A stretch of DNA of 64,000 nucleotides from Acidimicrobiia bacterium (GTDB lineage Bacteria; Actinomycetota; Acidimicrobiia; Spongiisociales; ZC4RG35), in NCBI GenBank assembly GCA_965215185.1, contig OZ244034.1, positions 2,176,001 through 2,240,000 of the forward strand. Direction: 5' to 3'. This document shows positions 10,401 to 19,508 of the stretch, piece by piece. The translations under genes and the position numbers were made by a program. How positions within the stretch are numbered: the first letter of the stretch is position 1; each line of letters begins with the position of its first letter. The notes beneath the pieces are model-generated. The model saw nothing but the letters and a program-made list of their open reading frames with translations. It was not told the DNA's origin and made no database searches.

Positions 10401-11279
10401 ATGTTCGTGCATCTGCTAGATGGTACATATGAGTTGTTTCGCGCCTACTTCGGGTTTCCTCCCCGGACCTCGCCGGACGGCCGGGAGGTAGGAGCGGTCT
10501 ACGGGCTTTTGATCACGACCCTTTCACTGCTGCGAGATCCCCAGCTGACCCACATCGCCGCGGCCACCGACACCATTATCGAGAGTTTCCGAAACGACCT
10601 GTATGACGGCTACAAGACCGGGGTAGGGGTTCCCGAGGATCTTATGTCCCAGTTTGATTTGGCGGAGCGGGCCTTCGAGACGCTGGGGGTGAGGGTGTGG
10701 AGGATGGTCGCATTCGAAGCCGACGACGCCATGGCCAGCGGCGCCCATCGCTTCTCCTCCCAGGTGGAGCGGGTGATCCTGGTGAGCCCCGACAAGGATA
10801 TGACCCAATGCGTGTCGGGAAGGAGGGTGGTCACCTTTGATCGCCGCAAGAACCAGATGCTGGACGCGGCGGGAGTGGTGGCCAAATTCGGAGTGTCGCC
10901 GGCTTCGATTCCAGACTATCTGGCTCTGGTGGGAGACGCCGCTGACGGTATCCCCGGCATCCCTGCTTGGGGCGCCAAATCCTCGGCGGCCCTGCTTGGA
11001 CATTACCGGCACCTGGAGAACATCCCGCCCGACCACGCTGATTGGCAGGTGCAGGTGCGGGGCTCAGCCCGCCTGGCCAAGAACCTCAGAGAACACCAAG
11101 AGGAGGCTCTGTTGTTCCGAGAGTTGACCACCCTCCGGCGGGATGCTCCCATCTCCGGCACCTTGGACGAGATCGCCTGGCGTGGGGTCAACCGCGCCGC
11201 GTATCAGCGACTCTGCACGGAGTTGGGGTTTCGCAATCCCCCCGCCGTGCATCGGTGGGCCGAGGAAACCCCGGCCTGA
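10401..11279 (+). CDS. Stand-alone 5'-3' exonuclease / flap endonuclease
   Basis: Motifs HLLDGTYELFRAY, FRN.LY.GYK, FEADD, SPDKD and DYLALVGD.ADGIPGIP.WG.K. Confidence 0.92.
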   Translation: MFVHLLDGTYELFRAYFGFPPRTSPDGREVGAVYGLLITTLSLLRDPQLTHIAAATDTIIESFRNDLYDGYKTGVGVPEDLMSQFDLAERAFETLGVRVWRMVAFEADDAMASGAHRFSSQVERVILVSPDKDMTQCVSGRRVVTFDRRKNQMLDAAGVVAKFGVSPASIPDYLALVGDAADGIPGIPAWGAKSSAALLGHYRHLENIPPDHADWQVQVRGSARLAKNLREHQEEALLFRELTTLRRDAPISGTLDEIAWRGVNRAAYQRLCTELGFRNPPAVHRWAEETPA

Positions 11280-12089
11280 TCAGTCTCCGGTGAAACGGGG
11301 AGGCCGCCGCTCCATGAATGCCGACATCGCCTCGGTGAGGTCGGCAGACTCCAAAAAAGCGGTGTTCCAAAGCGCCACATAGTCCAAGGCTTCGCTCAGG
11401 GACCTGCCCTGCTCGGCAGCGAGCACCGCTTTGGCTCCCTGCACCGCCAGCGGGGAATTGGAAGCGATCTGGTTGGCCCACTCCCGGGCGCCGGCCAAAA
11501 GAGACTCTTGATCGGGATACACCTGGTTGACCAGTCCCATGTGTTCGGCGCGGGCCGCGTCGATGTCCTTGCCGGTATAGACCAATTCCGCCACATGACC
11601 TGCCGAGACCACTTTGGGCAGCCGCTCCAGGGTTCCCATGTCAGCCACCATCGCCATGCGGGTCTCTCTCACTGAGAACACTGCGTCGGAAGCGGCCAGC
11701 CGGATGTCGCAAGCCGTGATCAGGTCCATGCCTGCTCCTATGCACCATCCGTGTACGGCTGCGATCAGCGGAACGGGGGAAGACGCCAACGAGGAGAAAG
11801 TCTTCTGCAGGTCTTTCAGGCGGGAGAACAGAGCCCGTTTGATTGCTGCCGGGGAACCTTCTCCGGGCGCCAGTCCTCCTAGCATGTTCAGATCGATCCC
11901 CACCGTGAAGGCCCGACCGCGGCCGGCCACCACCATCACCCGCACCCCGGAACGGCCGCCCAGTTCCTCCACTGCCCGAGGCAGATCCTCCCACAGGTCG
12001 GGGGAAAAGGCGTTCATCTTTTCGGGGCGATTCAGCCACAGCCAGCCGATGTGGCCGTCGGTTTCGACTTGGATGTGTTGGAAGCTCAC
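11280..12089 (-). CDS. Enoyl-CoA hydratase / isomerase family protein
   Basis: Motifs LNRPEKMNA, FT.GIDL, AAVHGWCIGAGMDLITACDIR and F.E.RPPRF.G. Start set at GTG 12089 because the longer ORF overlaps the divergent gene. Confidence 0.9.
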   Translation of the reverse strand: MSFQHIQVETDGHIGWLWLNRPEKMNAFSPDLWEDLPRAVEELGGRSGVRVMVVAGRGRAFTVGIDLNMLGGLAPGEGSPAAIKRALFSRLKDLQKTFSSLASSPVPLIAAVHGWCIGAGMDLITACDIRLAASDAVFSVRETRMAMVADMGTLERLPKVVSAGHVAELVYTGKDIDAARAEHMGLVNQVYPDQESLLAGAREWANQIASNSPLAVQGAKAVLAAEQGRSLSEALDYVALWNTAFLESADLTEAMSAFMERRPPRFTGD

Positions 12090-12136
12090 ACCCACAGAGG
12101 ATATAGCCTGCAAAGGAGGTAGCCTTCCAAGCGTCG

Positions 12137-13735
12137 ATGCCAGTTCTGCCCACCAATATCGACCGGTCCTCTCTGGATTACCAAGCCAACCGGGAAACGA
12201 TGCTCGCCACACTTTCGGAGTTCGAGCAACTCATGGCGAAGGCGCGGGAAGGGGGCGGCCCCAAATATGTCGAGCGTCATCTGGCCCGGGGCAAGCTCTT
12301 GGCTCGTCAACGCATCGAACTGCTGTTGGATCGCGACTCGCCGTTCTTGGAACTGTCCACTCTGGCCTGCTGGGGAACCGACAAGAAACTGGGCGCCAAT
12401 CTGGTCACCGGGATAGGGGTGGTGGAAGGAGTGGAGTGTGTGATCTCCGCCAACGATCCCACCAGTCAGGCGGGATCGATGCACCGGATCGGGACCGTGA
12501 AAGGCATGCGCGCCCAGGAAATCGCCCGAGTCAACCGGTTACCGCTGATCAGTCTGGTGGAGTCGGGCGGCGCGGTACTTCCCGAACAGGCACAAGTGTT
12601 CGTCAGGGCCGGGGCGACTTTCCGCAATCTCACCCAACTCTCTCAACTGGGTATCCCCACCATTGCTCTGGTGTTCGGGAACTCCACCGCGGGTGGGGCC
12701 TATCTGCCGGGCATGGCCGACTACGCGGTGATGGTCAAAGAACGCGCCAAGGTGTTTCTGGGCGGTCCTCCCCTAGTGAAGATGGCCACCGGGGAGGAAT
12801 CGACCGACGAGGAGCTGGGCGGGGCGGAGATGCACTCCCGCGTATCGGGGCTGTCCGACTACTTTGCGGTGGACGAACTCGACGCCCTGCGGATCGGACG
12901 AGAGATCGTAACCCATCTCAACTGGCGTAAACAGGGTTACGGACCGACCCGGTTCGCCACCGAGCCCGAACATGACCCCGAGGATCTCCTGGGACTCATC
13001 TCCCAGGATCTACGGATTCCCTTCGACATGCGGGAGGTGCTGGGGAGGGTGCTGGATGGCTCCGTCTTTGACGAATACAAAGCGTTGTACGGTCCGTCGC
13101 TGGTGACCGGATGGGGCTCGGTGCATGGATTCGCGGTGGGGGTGGTGGCCAATCAGCAGGGGGTGATCTTCTCAGAAGAAGCTCACAAGGCCACCGAGTT
13201 CATCATGCTGTGCAACCGATACGACGTTCCGATCATCTTCATTCACAACACCACTGGCTACATGGTTGGCAAGGACTACGAGCAGCGGGGGATCATCAAA
13301 GACGGGGCCAAGATGATCAATGCGGTGGCCAACTCCACCGTCCCTCACATCTCCCTTCTGGCGGGAGTCTCCTATGGGGCCGGTAATTACGGAATGTCGG
13401 GTCGGGCGTATGACCCTCGTTTCATGTTCGGCTGGCCCAATCACAAGATCGCGGTGATGGGACCCAAGCAGTTGGCCGGGGTGATGTCCATCATCCGCCG
13501 GGCCGCCGCCGAGAACCGCGGGGAACCCTACGACGACGATCTCGACGCCGCCATCAGGGCCAAGATCGAGAACCAGATCTCGGCCGAGGAACTGGCCTAT
13601 TTCGCCACTTCCCGCATCTGGGACGACGGGTTGGTCGACCCCCGGGACACCCGTACCGTGCTGGGCATCGCCCTGTCGGCAGTCCATTCCGGTCCCGTGA
13701 AGGGAACAAGTTCCTTCGGCGTGTTCCGGATGTGA
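12137..13735 (+). CDS. Acyl-CoA carboxylase carboxyltransferase (beta) subunit, methylcrotonyl/geranyl-CoA type
   Basis: Motifs RGKLLAR.RI.LLLD, LVESGGA, TAGGAY.P, EELGGA.MH, SYGAGNYGM.GRAY.P, WDDG and FGVFRM. Confidence 0.93.
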   Translation: MPVLPTNIDRSSLDYQANRETMLATLSEFEQLMAKAREGGGPKYVERHLARGKLLARQRIELLLDRDSPFLELSTLACWGTDKKLGANLVTGIGVVEGVECVISANDPTSQAGSMHRIGTVKGMRAQEIARVNRLPLISLVESGGAVLPEQAQVFVRAGATFRNLTQLSQLGIPTIALVFGNSTAGGAYLPGMADYAVMVKERAKVFLGGPPLVKMATGEESTDEELGGAEMHSRVSGLSDYFAVDELDALRIGREIVTHLNWRKQGYGPTRFATEPEHDPEDLLGLISQDLRIPFDMREVLGRVLDGSVFDEYKALYGPSLVTGWGSVHGFAVGVVANQQGVIFSEEAHKATEFIMLCNRYDVPIIFIHNTTGYMVGKDYEQRGIIKDGAKMINAVANSTVPHISLLAGVSYGAGNYGMSGRAYDPRFMFGWPNHKIAVMGPKQLAGVMSIIRRAAAENRGEPYDDDLDAAIRAKIENQISAEELAYFATSRIWDDGLVDPRDTRTVLGIALSAVHSGPVKGTSSFGVFRM

Positions 13736-13852
13736 TGCCCGAACGCCTTTTCTTTAAAAGGGGGTCCTGCTCCGGGGGTTTCGGTGAACTCCCAAGGGCA
13801 CTGGCCATCTCTTTGTCACAGTCACATCACATAGTGTGCTGATCGACAAGCA

Positions 13853-13942
13853 CCGTCCTCGGGCAGGGTTCCACCCCAGGACGGGTTCCAAACAAGACGG
13901 CTCAACCTGTCCGGCATGGTTCCACCGGACCCGAACCGTCTT
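13853..13942 (+). promoter_or_regulatory. Twin stem-loops with near-identical 10-nt loops upstream of the ABC operon
   Basis: CCGTCCTcGGG-[CAGGGTTCCA]-CCCcAGGACGG and AAGACGG...GTCCGG-[CATGGTTCCA]-CCGGAC...CCGTCTT. Confidence 0.4.
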
Positions 13943-13974
13943 CTCAATGCCGGTAACGGCTTCTCCGACACGGG

Positions 13975-16326
13975 GTGGCAACGGTGGGCGAGAGCTTGCC
14001 CGCACCTCGTTCCAACCGGCATGGCGGCGGTGGGGGTGGGCCCGGCAGGGCTGATTTGCGGATGATTGGGCGAGACTCGAATCTCCGCCTTCGTAGGTCT
14101 AAGGCCGTTAACATATTTTCCGAGGTTAAGGTCTTTCCACTGTCTACTCCGCAGAACCGCCCCCGTAAGCGCCAGTTCGGCAACCTTGCTGGGGCGGCCG
14201 TCGTGTTACTTTTTCTTGCCGGTTGCGGAGCAACTGGCGACAGGAGCACCCCTACCTCTGATGTTTCCCCTACAGCCGGCCCCGAAGGAGGGTTCGCAGG
14301 TACGGTGCGTATCGGCGCCGCCTTGAGCGAAACGGGCATATTTGCAGTGGAGGGCCGCGACTCCCGGCAGGGGTACGACACCTGGGTGAAGTGGGTGAAC
14401 GAGGAATACGGTGGCATCGAAATCGACGGACAACGGTACGCGGCGGAAATCATCTACTACGACGACGAGTCAGACGCCGACACGGCGGCGAACCTGGTGC
14501 AGAAACTCATCGACGACGACCGTGTCGACTTTCTGCTCGGTCCCTACTCGAGCGGCCTGACCACGGGCGCCAGCGCCATCGCCGAGGCAAACAATGTAAT
14601 CATGGTGGAGGGAAACGGCACGTCGGATACCATGTTCGAGCGCGGTTTCCGGAACTTGTTCCTGGTGGCCACCATCGCCAGCGACTACACGAAGTCGGGA
14701 GTCGAGTTGCTGGCCGATCAAGGGGCGCGCAGCGCGGTCATCGCCTACGAGGACACCTCGTTTCCCACCTCCGTGGCCAACGGGGCAATCCGGCACCTCG
14801 AAGACAACGATATAGAGGTGCTGGCAGTAGAGACCTATCCCAAGGACATCCAGGACGTCTCTGCCATCATGACCAAATTTCGGGACTTGGACCCGGATAT
14901 CTTCGTGGGCGGAGGCCACTACAACGATGCGGTCCTGTTCGTGAACTCGGCCAAAGAACTTGGATTCGCCCCCAGAGGGATGCTGATCACCGTGGGCCCG
15001 TCCAATCCCAAGCTGGTTGAGGAGTTGGGTGAAGATGTGAACGGGGTGCTGGGGCCCACCCAGTGGGAGCCCGTCATGGCCTACGAAGGTCCCTACTTCG
15101 GAACTGCCTCCGACTACTCCGCATATTACGAGAGCCTGTGGGGCGAGCCACCTGTTTACCAGGCTGCCAGCGCCACCGCCTCGGCTCTGGCTTTGCAACT
15201 GGCTATCGAGGCCGCCGGCGCCACCGATACGGATGCGGTGCGAGAAGCTTTGCATTCCCTGCAGGCCGACACTTTTTATGGTCCCATTTCCTTTGATGAC
15301 CGGGGCGTCAATACCGCCAAGCCGATGGGCACAGTCCAGGTACAGGACGGCCAGATCCGGGTGGTGGCCCCCGCTGCCGCGGCAGTGGCCGAATTTTCAC
15401 TCCCGGCTGCGGAAACGCTCAGCCGTGGCACGGGTTCCCAACTGGCACAGGCCTTGATCAACGGTATCGCTCTGGGCGGCATGTACACGATCCTGGTAAT
15501 GGGCTTCTCGATTATCTGGGGTGTAATGGGCGTGATCAACTTCGCCCACGGCGAGTTCGTGATGATCGGCGCTTATCTGGCCTGGCTGGCCAACGAGCTG
15601 TGGGGGGTGGATCCCTTTGCATCAGCACCTTTGGTTTTCTTGGTGATGCTGGCCCTGGGCTACGCCACTCAACGTCTGGTTGTGAACCCGGTGACCGACC
15701 GCTCACACCTGGTATCGCTTCTGGTGATGTTCGGTGTTGCGATCATATTGCAAAACGTCATGAAGCTCATCTTCTCGGCCGATTTCCGCCGCACCGACAC
15801 CGCTCTTGGAGGCGCCTGGGAACTTACCGACGGGGTCACCGTGCCCGTCACCCGGTTCTGGATACTGATCGTGGCCCTGGCTGTGGCTGGCGCCTTAACT
15901 ATGTTCCTGATGCACACCCGCCTCGGCAAGAGCATCCGGGCCGCTGCCCAGAATCGCGAGGCGGCCCGCATCCTCGGCATCGACGTCTCCAGGGTTTACG
16001 CATTGACCTTTGCCATGTGCATCGGTATCACCGGCTTGGCCGGCGCCCTGGTCAGCCCGGTGCTGGCGATCCAGCCATTCCAAGGCCCGCCGCTCACCCT
16101 CAAGGCCTTTGCTATCACCGCCATGGCAGGCCTCGGGTCGGTGAGGGGAGCCTTAGGCGGGGCGATGGCGCTGGGAATCGTAGAGGCGGGGTTGGCCATT
16201 TACATTCCCCGCATCGGAACCAATCTGGCGGTGGTGGCCTCGTTCGTGTTTCTGGTAGTGGCGCTCGTATTGCGTCCCCAGGGCATCTTCAAAGGCCTGC
16301 GACCTGTGGACGCCACGGCATCATGA
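13975..16326 (+). CDS. Fused branched-chain amino acid-type ABC substrate-binding lipoprotein and LivH-like permease (true start probably downstream of 13975)
   Basis: Lipobox LFLAGC and a LivK-type domain (YYDDESD, LLGPYSSG, TFYGPISFD) continue in frame into LivH motifs (GVINFAHGEF.M.GAY, TRLGK.IRA.AQN, RPQGIF). Confidence 0.88.
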   Translation: MATVGESLPAPRSNRHGGGGGGPGRADLRMIGRDSNLRLRRSKAVNIFSEVKVFPLSTPQNRPRKRQFGNLAGAAVVLLFLAGCGATGDRSTPTSDVSPTAGPEGGFAGTVRIGAALSETGIFAVEGRDSRQGYDTWVKWVNEEYGGIEIDGQRYAAEIIYYDDESDADTAANLVQKLIDDDRVDFLLGPYSSGLTTGASAIAEANNVIMVEGNGTSDTMFERGFRNLFLVATIASDYTKSGVELLADQGARSAVIAYEDTSFPTSVANGAIRHLEDNDIEVLAVETYPKDIQDVSAIMTKFRDLDPDIFVGGGHYNDAVLFVNSAKELGFAPRGMLITVGPSNPKLVEELGEDVNGVLGPTQWEPVMAYEGPYFGTASDYSAYYESLWGEPPVYQAASATASALALQLAIEAAGATDTDAVREALHSLQADTFYGPISFDDRGVNTAKPMGTVQVQDGQIRVVAPAAAAVAEFSLPAAETLSRGTGSQLAQALINGIALGGMYTILVMGFSIIWGVMGVINFAHGEFVMIGAYLAWLANELWGVDPFASAPLVFLVMLALGYATQRLVVNPVTDRSHLVSLLVMFGVAIILQNVMKLIFSADFRRTDTALGGAWELTDGVTVPVTRFWILIVALAVAGALTMFLMHTRLGKSIRAAAQNREAARILGIDVSRVYALTFAMCIGITGLAGALVSPVLAIQPFQGPPLTLKAFAITAMAGLGSVRGALGGAMALGIVEAGLAIYIPRIGTNLAVVASFVFLVVALVLRPQGIFKGLRPVDATAS

Positions 16327-16359
16327 CTCGGGACAGCCACTTGGCATTGAGAGGTCCTC

Positions 16360-17415
16360 ATGGGTAGGGGCTCTGCCAACGATCTGCTGCGCGGGACGGT
16401 CGCGAAGCGCCGTCGTTTATCTCAGACAGGATGGACCGTCTCTTTGGTGGTGCTGGTCTTCCTAACGGTGTTGCCGCTTGTTCCCTCTGTCACCAACTCC
16501 ACCCTCTTCACCCTTACTCTGATGCTCACCAGCGTGGGGGTGGCGGTGAATTGGAATCTCACCGGGGGGTTCACCGGCTACGTGGACTTCGGCCACGCCG
16601 TGTGGTTCGGCATAGGCGCCTATACGACGGCCATTTTGTTGTCGCTTCAGAGCAACGGCCCGCAAATCGGCTGGTCACCCATCCCCGCCATCGGGTTGGG
16701 TGCGTTGGTGGCCGGCCTATTGGCGGCGGCTATCGGAAGAGTCACCATGAGACTAAAAGGGCCCTACTTCTCGATCGCCATGCTGGGAACATTTGTCGCT
16801 ATGCGAGAGATCGTGAGGGTTTCGGGGGGAATCACCGGCGGAGGCGTGGGGCTCACCTTGCCTCCCTACCTCAACCGGCCGCTGTTCTACTACATACAGT
16901 TGGCCTTGGTGGCCATGCTGGTGGCTCTCACCTGGTGGTTGCGCAGGACCCGTTTTGGCTCGGCGCTGGTGGCAATCCGAGAGGACGAGATCGGCGCCGA
17001 AATGCGGGGCATCGACACTACCCGATTCAAGGTCACCGTGTTCAGCTTCGCGGGACTCTCCACCGGGCTCTTCGGTGGACTTTGGGCCTATCAGAACACT
17101 TTCGTCGACCCCGACATCGCCTTCGTGGAGGTACGCACTATCGATGCGGTGATGGGCACCATGCTCGGGGGACTCGGCACTGTCGCCGGACCGGTGGTGG
17201 GAGCAGCACTGCTGTACTGGCTGCGCGAGGTCTTGTGGGCGAACCTCCTGGACTACCACTTGATTGCCCAGGGAGCGCTTTTGATCGTGATCGTCCTGTT
17301 CCTACCTCGGGGCCTGGTGGGACTCTTTGACCACCGGGGGACATCGGTCACCGCCCTGTGGGGACGCTGGGTGGGACGCAAGGCCGCCCCCGAGGAGCAG
17401 GGGGACGAGCCGTGA
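16360..17415 (+). CDS. livM: Branched-chain amino acid ABC permease (LivM-like)
   Basis: Motifs WNL.GG.TGY.DFGH, LKGPYFSIA, AIREDE, LGGLGT..GP and LFLPRGL.G. Confidence 0.9.
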   Translation: MGRGSANDLLRGTVAKRRRLSQTGWTVSLVVLVFLTVLPLVPSVTNSTLFTLTLMLTSVGVAVNWNLTGGFTGYVDFGHAVWFGIGAYTTAILLSLQSNGPQIGWSPIPAIGLGALVAGLLAAAIGRVTMRLKGPYFSIAMLGTFVAMREIVRVSGGITGGGVGLTLPPYLNRPLFYYIQLALVAMLVALTWWLRRTRFGSALVAIREDEIGAEMRGIDTTRFKVTVFSFAGLSTGLFGGLWAYQNTFVDPDIAFVEVRTIDAVMGTMLGGLGTVAGPVVGAALLYWLREVLWANLLDYHLIAQGALLIVIVLFLPRGLVGLFDHRGTSVTALWGRWVGRKAAPEEQGDEP

Positions 17416-18170
17416 CCGCACTGTTGGAGGCACGAGGAGTTGTCAAGCGTTTCGGCGGGCTCACCGCCGTCGACCAGGTGGACATCCGCGTGGGCGAAGG
17501 TGAGATGGTGGGTCTCATCGGACCCAACGGGAGCGGCAAGACTACTCTGTTCGACTGTCTGAGCAGAGTGTCGGCTATAGACGAGGGCTCGATCAGCTTC
17601 AATGGAGTTGACATCACCCGCCACCGCCCGCATCAAGTGGCCCGCTTGGGAATGTCCCGTACCTTTCAATTAATCCGCGTCTACCCGGAACTCACTGTCT
17701 GCGAGAACATGGAATTGAGCATCCAGTGGAGACGACTTGGTATGCGGAAACTGTTCACCAGGACCGACCCCGACACTCACCGCAAGGTGGATTCATTACT
17801 GGAATTCCTGCTGCTGGCCCGGTTGCGACAGGAGCGGGCCGGCACCCTTTCCGGGGGCCAGCGGCGTCTCCTGGAGATCGGCATGGCATTAATGTGCGAC
17901 CCGAAGCTGGTCCTGCTGGATGAGGCCACCTCCGGAGTGAACCCGAGCCTTGTGGCCGATATCGCCGATCGTCTCCGGGAAGTGAACCGAACCGCCGGCG
18001 TGGCCTTCCTGCTGGTCGAGCACAACGTGCAGTTTGTAGCCGACCTCTGTCAAAGGGTGGTGGTGCTAAACCAAGGCGCCAAGCTGGCCGAGGGGACGCC
18101 CAGCCAGATTGTGGAAAACCCTTCTGTTATCGAAGCCTATTTCGGTGCAGAAGGCGAGGAGCCCAAGTAA
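17412..18170 (+). CDS. livG: ABC ATP-binding protein (LivG-like)
   Basis: Motifs KRFGGL.AV, GPNGSGKTT, LSGGQ and LLDE. GTGA overlap with the livM stop. Confidence 0.9.
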   Translation: MTALLEARGVVKRFGGLTAVDQVDIRVGEGEMVGLIGPNGSGKTTLFDCLSRVSAIDEGSISFNGVDITRHRPHQVARLGMSRTFQLIRVYPELTVCENMELSIQWRRLGMRKLFTRTDPDTHRKVDSLLEFLLLARLRQERAGTLSGGQRRLLEIGMALMCDPKLVLLDEATSGVNPSLVADIADRLREVNRTAGVAFLLVEHNVQFVADLCQRVVVLNQGAKLAEGTPSQIVENPSVIEAYFGAEGEEPK

Positions 18171-18202
18171 CCATCGAAGGACCGCTGCTCAAACTGCGCG
18201 AC

Positions 18203-18901
18203 GTGTGCGCCGGGTATTACCCCGGCCATGACGTTATCTGCGATGTCAACCTGGAAGTGGCCCAAGGTGAGATCGTCTGCGTTATCGGACCCAATGGAGC
18301 AGGAAAGTCCACAGTGTTCAAAGCGATCTACGGCCTGGCCGCAGTGACTTCCGGGCAGGTGCTGTGTGACGGGCAGGACATCACCCGCGTCGCCCCCGAG
18401 GACATGTTGCGCACCGCCGGGATCGCCATGGTGCCACAGCTGCGCAGTGTCTTCTCGCAGATGACCGTGCACGAGAACCTGGAGCTTGGCATGTACGTAG
18501 AGCCCGACAAGGCGCGGATACGCGAGCGGATCGAGTACGTCTACAGCCTGTTCCCCCGGCTCGCCGAACGGGCCGGACAGGCCGCCGGCACCATGTCGGG
18601 AGGAGAGCAGCGTATGCTCGAGATCGGACGGTCGCTGATGCACGAGCCGCGTCTGGTGCTGATGGACGAACCCTCGGCGGGGTTGGCGCCGATTATCACC
18701 CGACAGGTAATGGAGTCGATTCGCCGCTTCAACCGGGAAATCGGGCTCACGGTGCTGATGATCGAGCAGAACGCCCGCCAGGGCCTGGAAGCCAGCCACC
18801 GCGGATATGTGCTCGAGTCGGGACGGAACTCCTATCAGGGCCCCTCCCAAGATCTACTGGCCGACCCCCACGTGCGACGGGCGTTCTTGGGAATGCGGTG
18901 A
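18203..18901 (+). CDS. livF: ABC ATP-binding protein (LivF-like); homology extends upstream to about 18167
   Basis: Motifs GPNGAGKST, LFPRL.ER, MSGGEQRML, DEPS.GLAP and EQNA. Confidence 0.9.
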   Translation: MCAGYYPGHDVICDVNLEVAQGEIVCVIGPNGAGKSTVFKAIYGLAAVTSGQVLCDGQDITRVAPEDMLRTAGIAMVPQLRSVFSQMTVHENLELGMYVEPDKARIRERIEYVYSLFPRLAERAGQAAGTMSGGEQRMLEIGRSLMHEPRLVLMDEPSAGLAPIITRQVMESIRRFNREIGLTVLMIEQNARQGLEASHRGYVLESGRNSYQGPSQDLLADPHVRRAFLGMR

Positions 18902-19508
18902 AGGTTGCCTGTCAGCCCATCCGGGCAACGCCTCCCAACCCCAACGGACATCAAGCGGAAAGAATGGGCTCGGGTTCGGTGGGCTATGACCACAGTGCCA
19001 CAGAGCATTGACACGCTACGCAGATGCAAAGAGCAACTTTGACCAACCGCATCATTAAGGGATTCTTGTGCAGAGTTATCGTCCTCGCCCTGGCGCTTGC
19101 AACGCTTACTCTCGGAGGTTTACGCCTAACCCGTCCGGTAACAGAACCGTTTGTCAAGGTCCTGTTAGGCCTGAAACGATTATTTTATGATCTGTGACCA
19201 TCTAATGAAACGGGAGGCAACTCCAACTCTCCCAATAAGCCCTGAGCGGCTTGTTATCCGAGGCCGCGGCGTCTGCCTATCGGGGCGAGATCACATCGGG
19301 GAGTGACGGCAAAAGCCTAGTGGACCACCCGCCCGCGCTGCGCGCTAAACCAACACTCTCCCGACATCTCACCCCGCATGCCCCAAGCGCCTGTGTATAG
19401 CAATAGAGTGTAGTTTCCGAAACCCCCAGCGGTAGCGGCAACCGGTCGCTCCCACTTGGAAACTCGGGATGCGCTTTTGCAGCCGGAGTACTCCCAAGTG
19501 TTTAGCAA

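Noticed and set aside
11614-12930. 438-aa plus-strand ORF and similar long shadow ORFs (e.g. 21826-22782, 45452-46645)
   Set aside because: They overlap well-supported genes, have no motifs and are expected in high-GC DNA.
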